Counted from the first letter of the stretch, positions 48,967-58,238 are shown. The stretch is 64,000 nt of DNA from Thermoplasmata archaeon (GCA_041489255.1 JBGPQV010000001.1:96001-160000), one strand, 5' to 3'. Numbers and translations: made by a program. Notes: generated by a model from the sequence alone, not told the origin.

Positions 48967-49151
48967 TGATTCTCCCCCTCAACCCGAGGGGTTGTTTTAT
49001 GAGTCTCAGGCTACTTAAAAGCTTCCGTGGAAACGATGCCTCGATGGCGGGCGAGAGTAATCAAAGGCGGGGATGTTCGCGCGCGGCAGTCTGCAATCCC
49101 CTTCATCTCCAAAATGATTAATAGCGGGTCGCGTTTGATGGCAGGAAGCCC

Positions 49152-49427
49152 ATGGAACTCAAGCTCTTGAGCGAAGAAAAGAATACCGCCAAGATAGAGG
49201 TGACCGACTCCGACGACACAGCCATCAACCTCCTGGTCAGCGAGCTGCTGAAGTCTTCGGACGTCGCCGAGGCAGGCTATTACATCGGCCACCCTCACCT
49301 CGACAAGCCGCTGCTCACGGTGAAGACGAAGAGGTCGAAACCCCAAGCCGCCATCAAGAAGGCTGCAGAGGGGCTCGCGGAACAGTACCGCGATTTGAGG
49401 ATGCTCCTTGAGAAGGAGCTGAAGTAG
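49152..49427 (+). CDS. rpoL: RNA polymerase subunit L (Rpo11)
   Basis: DDTAINLLVSELL...AGYYIGHPHLDKPLL. Confidence 0.9.
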   Translation: MELKLLSEEKNTAKIEVTDSDDTAINLLVSELLKSSDVAEAGYYIGHPHLDKPLLTVKTKRSKPQAAIKKAAEGLAEQYRDLRMLLEKELK

Positions 49428-49431
49428 TGTT

Positions 49432-50712
49432 ATGGAGAGAGACGTAGGCATAGAGGTCTACCTGACCACCACCCGGGGGTTTGGCGGCAGGATAAAAGTC
49501 AATCCTGAGGATTTCGTCGTCAGCGAGATTCCAATTCTACCGCCGCGCGAGGAGGGCGGGAGATACACGGCAGCTTGGATCAGGACCAGGAACTGGGAGA
49601 CCAACCGCCTGGTCAGGATGATGTCGAGAGAACTGCGGATCTCCCGCAAGCGGATCAGTTTCGCGGGGACGAAAGACAAGCGGGCCCTCACCTCTCAGCT
49701 TTTCCAGTTCGACGCTCCAATCGATCTCGTTGGCGGCTTGAGAATCAAGGACGTCGAGTTGCTGGATTTCTACCAGACATCGAAGAAGGTCGAGATTGGC
49801 GACCTCCGGGGCAACCGCTTCGACATCATCATCCGGGATATCCGACTGTCGGGAGAGGAGACGGCTAAGCTCGCGACCGCCACCGCCGCGGAGCTTGCGG
49901 CGGCGGGAGGCTTCCCCAACTTCTTCGGCGTGCAGAGGTTCGGATCTATCAGGCCGATAACGCACATCGTCGGGAGGCATATCGTCAGAGGGGGATTCAA
50001 GGCGGCGGTGGACGCCTATGTCGCAAACCCGATCGAGGGCGAGGACGAGCAGGCATTCGAAGTCAGGACCGCGCTCGAGCAGAGCGGGGATTATGGCGAG
50101 GCCCTGAAGACGTATCCCGATGTGATGAGCTTCGAGAAGGCCATCCTGAACCATCTCGTCAAGCATCCGGATGATCATATAGGTGCGCTGGAGCAGCTCC
50201 CCTTCAACCTGCTGATGATGTTCGTCCACGGCTACCAGTCCTACCTGTTCAATCGCATTCTCAGCGAGAGGATCAAACGCAGAATGCCGCTGAGCATGCC
50301 GACTGTGGGCGACGTGGTCATGGCGGTGGGCAAAGACGGTCTGCCTGATGATCGACATTTCGTCCCAGTGACGGGGGATAATATTGAGAAGGTAGGTAGG
50401 CAGACATCAAGCGGCAAAGCGTTCGTCACAGGAGTATTATTCGGGTCGGAATCCACCCTCGCCGCCGGTGAAATGGGGGAGATCGAGAAGGGAGTCGTCG
50501 AATCAGAGGGACTGAGACCGCACGACTTCACGCTGCCGGCAATGCCACGGCTCTCTTCCAAGGGCACGAGGCGACCCCTCGCGATGCCCCTGCCGAGGAT
50601 GGACGTGAAACCTTCAGACGGATCGGTCGAAACGAAGTTCGAGCTCTCGAAGGGCTGCTACGCGACGATTCTCCTGAGGGAGTTCATGAAGGTCGACCCA
50701 CTCAAGGGCTAG
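49432..50712 (+). CDS. truD: tRNA pseudouridine(13) synthase
   Basis: FAGTKDKRALTSQ, GDLRGNRF, PNFFGVQRFG and KGCYAT. Confidence 0.96.
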   Translation: MERDVGIEVYLTTTRGFGGRIKVNPEDFVVSEIPILPPREEGGRYTAAWIRTRNWETNRLVRMMSRELRISRKRISFAGTKDKRALTSQLFQFDAPIDLVGGLRIKDVELLDFYQTSKKVEIGDLRGNRFDIIIRDIRLSGEETAKLATATAAELAAAGGFPNFFGVQRFGSIRPITHIVGRHIVRGGFKAAVDAYVANPIEGEDEQAFEVRTALEQSGDYGEALKTYPDVMSFEKAILNHLVKHPDDHIGALEQLPFNLLMMFVHGYQSYLFNRILSERIKRRMPLSMPTVGDVVMAVGKDGLPDDRHFVPVTGDNIEKVGRQTSSGKAFVTGVLFGSESTLAAGEMGEIEKGVVESEGLRPHDFTLPAMPRLSSKGTRRPLAMPLPRMDVKPSDGSVETKFELSKGCYATILLREFMKVDPLKG

Positions 50713-51788
50713 ACGAACCCCCATGCGTGCTCGCAGTTGCCGACGACCTCGCCAAGGTCGGAAAGTGACCATTTGCGCGGACCCTCCTCGTACTCGAACC
50801 GCGTGACGTTCACGGGGTATTCGTTGTAATACAGTATCGTCGTGATCGGTCCGAGGAACGGCTGAACTATCTTCCAGTAGGCCCTCGCGTAGGCCGCCAT
50901 TTCCATCTTGAGCTTCTGGCCCCCTTTCTCGCCCTGAAGGAGGAAGATCGGCAGGTCGTCCTCGTAGCGCTTGCTCATCTTGATTCCCTTGAGCTTGTGG
51001 AGCTTGCCGTCGCCGCCGTCGATGAACTGGAACCCCTTCGAAAGCATCCTCTCGCCCCAGTCGAACCCGCTGGCGTGACTCTCGGTCCTCCTGAGCATTG
51101 GCGGGCCGATGTGCGGCATGAAGTAGTCGATGTAGGAGTCGTTTTCAGATTGGAAGACTCCCCAGTACCATGGAGACGTCGGTGAGTTGATTCGGACCTT
51201 TTGGAAGTAAGCGGTCCCGTCAACTTCCTCCTTCGTCCCCGCCACCGACACGGTCCCCGTGACCCTGTTGCCGCGGATCTTGTGCATCTTGTACCCGAGG
51301 TGCCCGAGGTAATCCTTCCCAGTCGGGATGATCGAGTCCAGATGATTGGTCAACTTGTCCAGCGTGAGGTCAACGCGCGCGTCAGGGCGATCCACGAGGA
51401 TGCGGTACGGCCTCGCCGTCGCATCGAGCGCGTAGGTGGAATCTGATTTGACCGAGAGAGTCCCGCCATCGTCCGTCCATCTCGTCTCCAAGTTACCGCC
51501 ATCGACGAACAGGGGGTCGTGCATTACCTCGCCGTCGTAGTACCATCCCGCCGCCATGCCCCTGGTATCAATGCTGTTACCTTTCCTCAGGAAGGCGCCG
51601 TCGTTCTTCCATGGGATGTCGTTGATCACGAGCTTCTTGCAGTTGCGGGTGCCCCAGAGAATGACCATCTGTTTGGTCCTATCCGGTCTGGCGGGATTCT
51701 TGAAGAAGAAAATGAACCACCACCACCACCAGGTCCTGCTCTTGAGCTCGTGAGAGCGGTCGATGTCGAGGACTTCCTGCCAGCTCAT
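50709..51788 (-). CDS. conserved hypothetical protein (AttH/tocopherol-cyclase-like beta fold inferred)
   Basis: Trp-rich TWWWWWFIFF, GTAYFQKV, PWYWG and GNCEHAWG. Confidence 0.7.
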   Translation of the reverse strand: MSWQEVLDIDRSHELKSRTWWWWWFIFFFKNPARPDRTKQMVILWGTRNCKKLVINDIPWKNDGAFLRKGNSIDTRGMAAGWYYDGEVMHDPLFVDGGNLETRWTDDGGTLSVKSDSTYALDATARPYRILVDRPDARVDLTLDKLTNHLDSIIPTGKDYLGHLGYKMHKIRGNRVTGTVSVAGTKEEVDGTAYFQKVRINSPTSPWYWGVFQSENDSYIDYFMPHIGPPMLRRTESHASGFDWGERMLSKGFQFIDGGDGKLHKLKGIKMSKRYEDDLPIFLLQGEKGGQKLKMEMAAYARAYWKIVQPFLGPITTILYYNEYPVNVTRFEYEEGPRKWSLSDLGEVVGNCEHAWGFV

Positions 51789-51890
51789 CGTCTCATTCCG
51801 AACCTGAAGCGGGTAATAACACTTTATGGCGGCGGTCTTCGCGAATTTCCTCGCATAATCTAAATACGCATCGTCCCTTGAGGTGCCTGA

Positions 51891-52373
51891 TTGAAAGTCG
51901 ACGAAGTGATGACAAAGAGCCCGTTCACGCTCAGACCCGACCAGACGCTGAGGGAGGCCGCGATCAAGCTGGCAGACTTGAACGTGTCAGGCGCCCCCGT
52001 GGTCAGCGAGACCGGGGGGATTCTGGGGGTGCTCAGCGAGGTCGACATCCTGGAGGCGCTGAAGACCCATTACAAGGCGCTGAAGATGCTCATGCCGCCG
52101 GAGATCACCTTCGGCATCAGCTTCGTCGAGGTCGTGAAGGAGAGAGACGCGATCAGGGCTTTCCAGGAGCTGAAGGACGTCAAGGTCAAGGACGTCATGA
52201 AGAAACCGATCACCGTCAACCCTGGAGACAAGGTCGAGAACGCGATCAAACTGATGGTGGAGCACAAGATCAGCCGCGTGCCAGTGGTCGACCACGAGAA
52301 GGTCGTCGGGATAGTCACCCGCGGCGATGTCCTCAAGGGGTTCTTCCGGCAGGTCGGGCAGCTCGTCCTCTAG
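51891..52373 (+). CDS. CBS-domain protein
   Basis: VDEVMT, SGAPVV, VKDVM, SRVPVV and GIVTRGD. Confidence 0.92.
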   Translation: MKVDEVMTKSPFTLRPDQTLREAAIKLADLNVSGAPVVSETGGILGVLSEVDILEALKTHYKALKMLMPPEITFGISFVEVVKERDAIRAFQELKDVKVKDVMKKPITVNPGDKVENAIKLMVEHKISRVPVVDHEKVVGIVTRGDVLKGFFRQVGQLVL

Positions 52374-53959
52374 TCCTTCCAGAGGTTCTTGAACTTGGAC
52401 CACACGCCAGTCGGCGCCCTCCACCTGTAGGTGTAGCCGCAGTCCGAGCACCTGCTCCATCCGTCGTCGGTGAACTGAAGGCGGTTCGAACCGCACGACG
52501 CGCATACGCCCTCCATCGGTTTCGCTATGCCCCTCTTTGCCCTTTCTTCGACCAGTTTGGGCTCGAGCCTCCTTGAGGCCTCGGCGGCGTTCTTGGCGAA
52601 AATTGTGCCGTTCACGTAGTCGCCTTCGGTAAGGATGTCCTTGGCCTGCTGTAGGAGCGTCCGCGCTTCCCCGACGTCAATCCCGAAGCTCTCCGCCTCG
52701 TCGATTACTGGCTCAATCTGCGTCACGATCGCCTGAGCCTTCTCGACCTGCCGCCTGCGGAGTTCCATCGCCCGGAGTATCTGGTTTTGCTGGCTCTCCA
52801 TGGCAGCCCTCTCGGCCCTCTTTACCAGCTCGCTCGCGAGCAGGTATTCCTTCGACGCGAAGGCCGTCTTCGCCTTTGAGACGAGGCGCTCCGCCTCGGA
52901 GATATCCGCGCCGACATGCTTCGCCTCTTCTATTATCAATACCGTGCCTGGAATTGCCTCTTCTATGTTCCTCAGCCGCTCTTGCTTCGCGGTCTCGGCC
53001 ATCTCGATCGCCCTGGCCGAGTGCTCGAGGCTCCTCTTGTACTCGCTCCGCTTGAGTGCGTCCCTGGCCTCGCTCAGCATCTCCTCCGCCTTGCGCACGT
53101 CAGCACCCAGGTTTGAGATGTCCCGCATGACCTCCTGTGTCCTATGTATCTCGTCCCTGGCCCTCTGTACCTCCGCTGAGAACAAGCTCCTGCTAACCGC
53201 CTCGAGTTCCTTCAGCTGCCCGTTCATCCCGCCAGTATCCCCCTCTCGGAAGAGCCTCTTCGCCGTGCGCAGGATATCCGCGGCCTTCTCCACATCCCGC
53301 CCCGCCTTGCCGCATTCCTCCACGAGGCGCTGCGCGGAAAGAATCGCGTAGGCTAGCGTCGAGTTCTCCATCTCCTTCCTGCACTTCTCTGCAGACTCCC
53401 TCGCCTCCACCGCCGCACTCAGCGCGCCCTCGAAGTTCTTCTCTTCGAAACGCATCCTCGCCTGGTCGAGCAGATCCTCGCAGTGATCGAAGTCGACTTC
53501 CAAACTGAGGGCTTGCTTCAACGCCGGGTCGACGGTAGAGTCCTCCAGAGGAGGCAGCCTGACAGCCTCGGCTGTCTTGACAATCTCACCCTTGACCTCC
53601 TCAAGCTCGTCCTTGATCGTGTCCAACGATTTCTCGGATTTCAGCGACTCGGCGATCGCAGCTGCGGACGGATGAGAGATCAAGGTGCTGATGAGTTCCT
53701 TCCTATGTTCATCTTTCGAGACGGAGACGCCATGTCTTGCCGCGATGTCCTTCAGTTCCTTCAGGCTCTTGCTGTCCAGCAAGTGTGGCAGGCTACCCTC
53801 CCATGCTTTGACGACGTCGCCTATGTTCTCGAGGGAGGTGAGCTTGGTGACGAACTCGTCACGCTTTTTCATGCCTTCGGTCTGGATCCCGGCCTGGGCC
53901 GCGATCTCTTTCAGCTCGCGCAGGCTCATCTCTTTCAAACGGAGGTCGACGCGGGGCAT
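52370..53959 (-). CDS. Rho-N/SAP-like repeats + helical repeats + C-terminal zinc ribbon
   Basis: Two SLxELKxIAA motifs, helical repeats like those of the giant protein, CASCG...CSDCG. Confidence 0.75.
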   Translation of the reverse strand: MPRVDLRLKEMSLRELKEIAAQAGIQTEGMKKRDEFVTKLTSLENIGDVVKAWEGSLPHLLDSKSLKELKDIAARHGVSVSKDEHRKELISTLISHPSAAAIAESLKSEKSLDTIKDELEEVKGEIVKTAEAVRLPPLEDSTVDPALKQALSLEVDFDHCEDLLDQARMRFEEKNFEGALSAAVEARESAEKCRKEMENSTLAYAILSAQRLVEECGKAGRDVEKAADILRTAKRLFREGDTGGMNGQLKELEAVSRSLFSAEVQRARDEIHRTQEVMRDISNLGADVRKAEEMLSEARDALKRSEYKRSLEHSARAIEMAETAKQERLRNIEEAIPGTVLIIEEAKHVGADISEAERLVSKAKTAFASKEYLLASELVKRAERAAMESQQNQILRAMELRRRQVEKAQAIVTQIEPVIDEAESFGIDVGEARTLLQQAKDILTEGDYVNGTIFAKNAAEASRRLEPKLVEERAKRGIAKPMEGVCASCGSNRLQFTDDGWSRCSDCGYTYRWRAPTGVWSKFKNLWKD

Positions 53960-54071
53960 GATTGCACTCCCAATAGACGCCGGGCATTCTCATCCGGTGC
54001 AATAGGATAAAAGTTTCGGGAAGGTTCGCACGGAAGGATATTTGGCGGGCAATCTCTGAATCAATTGCAAC

Positions 54072-54419
54072 CTAGAGAGTCCTCTCCATGAACCCTCCGA
54101 TCTCCTTCTGGATGACCGATACGAGGTCCTTCGAAAACTCCTCTCTCATCTTTGGCGGCACCAATTCGAGCCCGAGCTTGACCCCCGCTTTCGCCAGCTT
54201 CACGAGCGCGTAGCCCTCCTTAATCTTGGCCTCCATGAGCTCCTCGACGGCGGCCTTCATCTCGTTCTTCAGCTCTGGGTTCTCGTCAATCTTCTTCCTG
54301 ATATATTTCTTGACTTCGTCCCTGACCATGTCCTTGAGGGCCTCCGCGACGAGGTTCTCCGCGCGGAGCATGTTGGTCGATTCGGCAAGCATATCCTCTA
54401 TGGGCGTGCGCTCGGACAT
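54072..54419 (-). CDS. conserved hypothetical helical protein
   Basis: Clean 115-aa ORF with host-like codon usage. Confidence 0.7.
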   Translation of the reverse strand: MSERTPIEDMLAESTNMLRAENLVAEALKDMVRDEVKKYIRKKIDENPELKNEMKAAVEELMEAKIKEGYALVKLAKAGVKLGLELVPPKMREEFSKDLVSVIQKEIGGFMERTL

Positions 54420-54483
54420 GCTGACGCTATCCGAGATGGCGGTAATAAGTGTTTGCGGTCTCGATGGCGGTCAGCGATCGCCC

Positions 54484-55047
54484 TCAGATTTTCCCAACGA
54501 GGTCCCAGCGAGGTTTCAGCGTCTTCTTGCCCGGCTCCCAGCTCGCGGGGCAGGCTTCTCTCTTGGTCTCCCTGACGTACTTCGCCGCCCGCAACTTTCT
54601 GAGCAGCTCCTTGACGCTCCTACCTATGTTGTTGTCGTGGATCTCAAATGCCTTGACGATCCCGTCTGGATCGATGACGAAGGTGCCCCTGTAGGCCACG
54701 CCTTCATCGCTTTTATAGACGCTAAATTCCCTAGCGAGGCTGCCCGTCGGGTCGGCGATCATGGGGAACCTGACCTTGTTCACGGTCTTCGAGGTGTCAT
54801 GCCATGCTTTGTGCGAGTGGACTGAGTCGGTGCTGGCGCTCAACACCTCGACGCCGAGTCTCTTGAACTGGTCATAGTTGTCGGCGAGTTCGCCGAGCTC
54901 CGTCGGGCAGACGAACGTGAAATCCCCGGGGTAGAACATGAGCACGACCCACTTCCCTTTGTAATCTGACAGATTGATTTTCTTGATTCCACCCTGGTGG
55001 TAAGCCCGCACCTCCAGGTCAGGGACCTTCTCGTTTATTGACACCAT
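54484..55047 (-). CDS. ahpC: 2-Cys peroxiredoxin
   Basis: FYPGDFTFVCPTEL, IGRS and EACPASW. Confidence 0.96.
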   Translation of the reverse strand: MVSINEKVPDLEVRAYHQGGIKKINLSDYKGKWVVLMFYPGDFTFVCPTELGELADNYDQFKRLGVEVLSASTDSVHSHKAWHDTSKTVNKVRFPMIADPTGSLAREFSVYKSDEGVAYRGTFVIDPDGIVKAFEIHDNNIGRSVKELLRKLRAAKYVRETKREACPASWEPGKKTLKPRWDLVGKI

Positions 55048-55194
55048 TTCGATTACGCCTTCCCGGTTCAATAGGCGGTAGCGGTTAATGAGTTTTTAGG
55101 ATTCCCGAGATGGTTGGCGTGGGTACCGCCACGGGAATAGGATTGATACTAAGCCACCGCAACCCTTTAACGATTGAGCACCATGGTGCCCGCC

Positions 55195-55269
55195 GGACCC
55201 GTGGCCTAGACAGGATATGGCACCGGCTTTCTAAGCCGGCGATCCCGGGTTCGAATCCCGGCGGGTCCG
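55195..55269 (+). tRNA. tRNA-Arg(UCU), copy 1
   Basis: GGACCCG/CGGGTCC acceptor; anticodon arm CCGGC-TTTCTAA-GCCGG; TTTAA box upstream. Confidence 0.93.
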
Positions 55270-55313
55270 TCTCAGACCGTATCGACCGCCCTGTTGGCTC
55301 TCGGATAATCAGA

Positions 55314-55703
55314 CTATTGAGAACGATTATGCTTCGTTGGTCTCGGCGGAGTCTTGCCGCGCAGGGTGCAGATGCTGAACTCGGCGTCCAAGGCAACTCT
55401 CCCACTCAGCTTCTTGACCTCTTCGAGGGCGGCGAGGGCACGTTGTTCGTCGAACGGATATACATCATTGGCTGCCCACACCCTCACATATGGATTGTCG
55501 TGGTCTAGGAGCGAGTTCAAGGCTTGCTTGCCCTCATCTCCAGCTCTCTTCAGTCCGCGTGCCGCCGCAATGACGCGCCTAGCGTATCGATTCACCGTCA
55601 GTGGATGTGAGTGAGCGTCACACGCGGCTCCGTACTTGATTGCGGCATCGACATAACGAGCCTTCAGTCGGGCGACGGCCCGAGATTCGTCTTGAATGCT
55701 CAT
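55314..55703 (-). CDS. DUF2019-like helical protein (putative immunity protein)
   Basis: YVDAAIKYGAA...ALNSLLDHDNPYVRVWAA...ALAALEEV; paralog of 56030-56410. Confidence 0.7.
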   Translation of the reverse strand: MSIQDESRAVARLKARYVDAAIKYGAACDAHSHPLTVNRYARRVIAAARGLKRAGDEGKQALNSLLDHDNPYVRVWAANDVYPFDEQRALAALEEVKKLSGRVALDAEFSICTLRGKTPPRPTKHNRSQ

Positions 55704-55789
55704 GGCCGCCACTCGCCCCCTGAGATCATCTCGAGTACCTGCCAACCTCAACCCGAGTACCCATCATAAGATTTCCCGATGGTTTACGC

Positions 55790-55854
55790 CCTAGACAGGA
55801 TATGGCACCGGCTTTCTAAGCCGGCGATCCCGGGTTCGAATCCCGGCGGGTCCG
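55790..55854 (+). repeat. 5'-truncated tRNA-Arg(UCU) copy (att-like repeat)
   Basis: Identical to tRNA nt 11-75; also shares the TCTCAG trailer with copy 1. Confidence 0.92.
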
Positions 55855-56029
55855 TCTCAGTCCATATAAACCGGCGTCATTCGAGCGGGATTGAGCGAAC
55901 ACGACTGATGCGCTTCCAGCCTCTGACCCTGAAAAATCCCCTTCCCCACTTCCAAGGGAGCAGCCCTCGATACTTCGCCTTCAGGCGAGAAGGATTCGAC
56001 GTGGACTGGGGTCTCTTTGATCCCCACTC

Positions 56030-56410
56030 TCAGGGGTGGAGCCGCCCCGCCCGCCACTCCCGCAAGACCATCTTTGCATTGAAGCCAACAATGCTTTTCT
56101 CCCTCGTCAAGGCCTCAATCATTTTCGTTGCTTCCGCTTCGTGATACTTCAGGTATATGCTCGCTGCGACCAAACGTACCCAAGGATTCGAATGCTCTAG
56201 TAGCGCATGAATCGCGTGCCGTCCGGCTTCTCCTTTCTTCTCCAAGCGCTTCCTGAGACTATCATAACGCTTGTACTGCTTGTTCGTCGTCTTGTAGTCG
56301 GCCGCATCGGCCGCAGCTCCATGCTTGGTGACTGCGTCCACGAACTCTTCGACCAAACTCGAGATGGATTCCGGATTGCGCAGAATGCGACTCTTCACCC
56401 GCGGCGGCAT
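56030..56410 (-). CDS. DUF2019-like helical protein (putative immunity protein)
   Basis: LVEEFVDAVTKHGAA...ALLEHSNPWVRLVAA...NAKMVLREWRAGRL. Confidence 0.75.
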   Translation of the reverse strand: MPPRVKSRILRNPESISSLVEEFVDAVTKHGAAADAADYKTTNKQYKRYDSLRKRLEKKGEAGRHAIHALLEHSNPWVRLVAASIYLKYHEAEATKMIEALTREKSIVGFNAKMVLREWRAGRLHP

Positions 56411-56505
56411 TGGCGTTGGCGGGATATTAAGGTTGTATGGAACCGGGGGGAAAAGAAACTCCCGCCACCGCCACGGTTCGACGAGTGAATACCATAACGC
56501 CCCCC

Positions 56506-56580
56506 GGACCCGTGGCCTAGACAGGATATGGCACCGGCTTTCTAAGCCGGCGATCCCGGGTTCGAATCCCGGCGGGTCCG
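56506..56580 (+). tRNA. tRNA-Arg(UCU), copy 3 (full length, identical to copy 1)
   Basis: 75-nt identity to 55195-55269; upstream TATA-equivalent degenerated to TTCGA. Confidence 0.88.
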
Positions 56581-56739
56581 TCTATTCCCGAAGAAGGATA
56601 AAACTAATCAACCGTTTAGGCCAAAGTGGTCGTTCGACCTCTTTTCCTTTGGTTCCTGTCCCCCCAAGCTCCTGCCTGGAAACGGGCGGGGACACCTTTC
56701 CTCTTTTATACATTGGATTTATTGCCGCAATCGATTCAT

Positions 56740-56997
56740 ATGCCGAAGAAAGACTATCAGGGATATTTGTCTGTGATTGGGGAGGTGCTCAAACAGGATG
56801 CACTGGTGTTGAAGGCTGAAGTTGCGGGGAAGAAATCTTACGATGAGGGAACACTCACCGGCTATGCTCTCGCTCTCGACACCATGTTAGATTATCTTGA
56901 AATGTTCAACCTGAAACCTAAGGATTTAGGTTGGAAAGACTTCATTCCGGAGCGTGATTTATTGAGTGGCCGCAAGCCCATGAAAAGAAAGAAATGA
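56740..56997 (+). CDS. AT-rich orphan small helical protein
   Basis: MPKKDYQGYL...YDEGTLTGY...DFIPERDLL; visibly lower GC than the flanks. Confidence 0.65.
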   Translation: MPKKDYQGYLSVIGEVLKQDALVLKAEVAGKKSYDEGTLTGYALALDTMLDYLEMFNLKPKDLGWKDFIPERDLLSGRKPMKRKK

Positions 56998-57322
56998 GAA
57001 GTTAAGTCACGTTTCATGTTTCAGGGCAAGGGAACGATACGGAATCCGAATTGCAAGTAGGGAGTAGGGACTCGCTCTCCCGCACTCGGATCGAGGGCGG
57101 GGACACCATTGCGTCTCACCTCCCTTGACCGCGCCTGGCTTCCCCGAACCCAAGCTGTGATCGCAAGCGCTCGGACGATTATGTTCACGCAGCCCTGTCA
57201 CGTCCTCTACGTCGCCGGCATGCCATCGGCGACGCGCTCACTCGATGATTCGGGCCTCCACGGGGAACGATCCTTTTCCGCGTCTTTCCAACACGGGAAA
57301 TGCCTCGCTTTTTCGGAAGGTC

Positions 57323-57360
57323 CACCTCGTTCTCTCCTCGTTCACACCTCGCTCTCACCT
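57323..57360. repeat. 11-bp degenerate tandem repeat (about 3.5 units)
   Basis: CACCTCGTTCT CTCCTCGTTCA CACCTCGCTCT CACCT. Confidence 0.7.
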
Positions 57361-57539
57361 GATATAGAGGCTTTACACTCGCCTTTCGAGGCTTTCTGAT
57401 CCTCGGCATACACGCGGGCATGGCGGCGATCAGCCCTCAAAAACCGCCAAGAACGCTGATTCTCCGCGAATCAATTAAGAGGAGGATGCGCGCATGACTT
57501 TGCGCCGTTTCACCTCGGCGGGAATCGGGGGAGAGGATC

Positions 57540-58127
57540 ATGGCGAAGATAACGAACATATTCGGTACCAAGTTCCGCGGTCGGATAGGCAAGGACATGG
57601 TCGCGACGTCGTGGAAGGGGCACGAGTACCTGCGCACGTACGTCGTCCCGCACGACCCGAAGACGGAGGACCAGCTGGCGCAGAGGGGCCTGCTCGGGAA
57701 GGCGGTGGAGGCATGGCGGGAGCTGTCGAAACCGCAGACCAGGTTCTTCAACGCCCTGGCGCACGGGATGTCCGGGTACAACCTCTTCATCCGCAGGCAC
57801 ATCAGGGCGGCTGTCGACGGGCGGGAGCTGGAGCTCCCCGCCGTGATGAGGTGGCGGACGGAGGGCGGGCAGCGCATGAAGGACGCGAGGCTGGTGGTCG
57901 CGCACGACGGACGTCACGTCTTCAACGACGACCTCGGGGACGGCGTGATCGAGATCGCGCTCACGAGGTCGGACGCGCCGTACAGCTTCGAGCTCAGGAA
58001 GGGACACCAGGAGGAGGTCGTGAAAGTATTCGAGAACGAACTGCAGGTTGACTTGCTGGCGGTCCTGGAGAGCGAGGCATTGGGCATCAAGCTCGTCCCG
58101 GACACGCCGGATCCGAAAGCACCATGA
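57540..58127 (+). CDS. DUF6266-like protein
   Basis: FRGRIGKDMVATSWKGHEYLRTYVVPHDPKTEDQLAQR...W..L...SGYNLF; strong SD GGGGGAGAGG. Confidence 0.65.
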   Translation: MAKITNIFGTKFRGRIGKDMVATSWKGHEYLRTYVVPHDPKTEDQLAQRGLLGKAVEAWRELSKPQTRFFNALAHGMSGYNLFIRRHIRAAVDGRELELPAVMRWRTEGGQRMKDARLVVAHDGRHVFNDDLGDGVIEIALTRSDAPYSFELRKGHQEEVVKVFENELQVDLLAVLESEALGIKLVPDTPDPKAP

Positions 58128-58238
58128 CGTGCAAGAGCTGGCGGGTCACACCGTCTGAGGTCGCTTCCCCCGCGCACTCTGAGAATGGATATCAGGAATC
58201 CCGCAACGAGGATGATCATTTCCATCGGCAATATCCGG

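Noticed and set aside
55883-56025. Remnant of a third DUF2019-like gene (SRLKAKY resembling ARLKARY)
   Set aside because: Similarity is limited to about six residues and there is no start codon; it could be chance.
55195-56580. CRISPR-like repeat-spacer array
   Set aside because: The repeats are 65-75-nt tRNA sequences with 500-650-bp gene-bearing intervals, and no cas genes are present.
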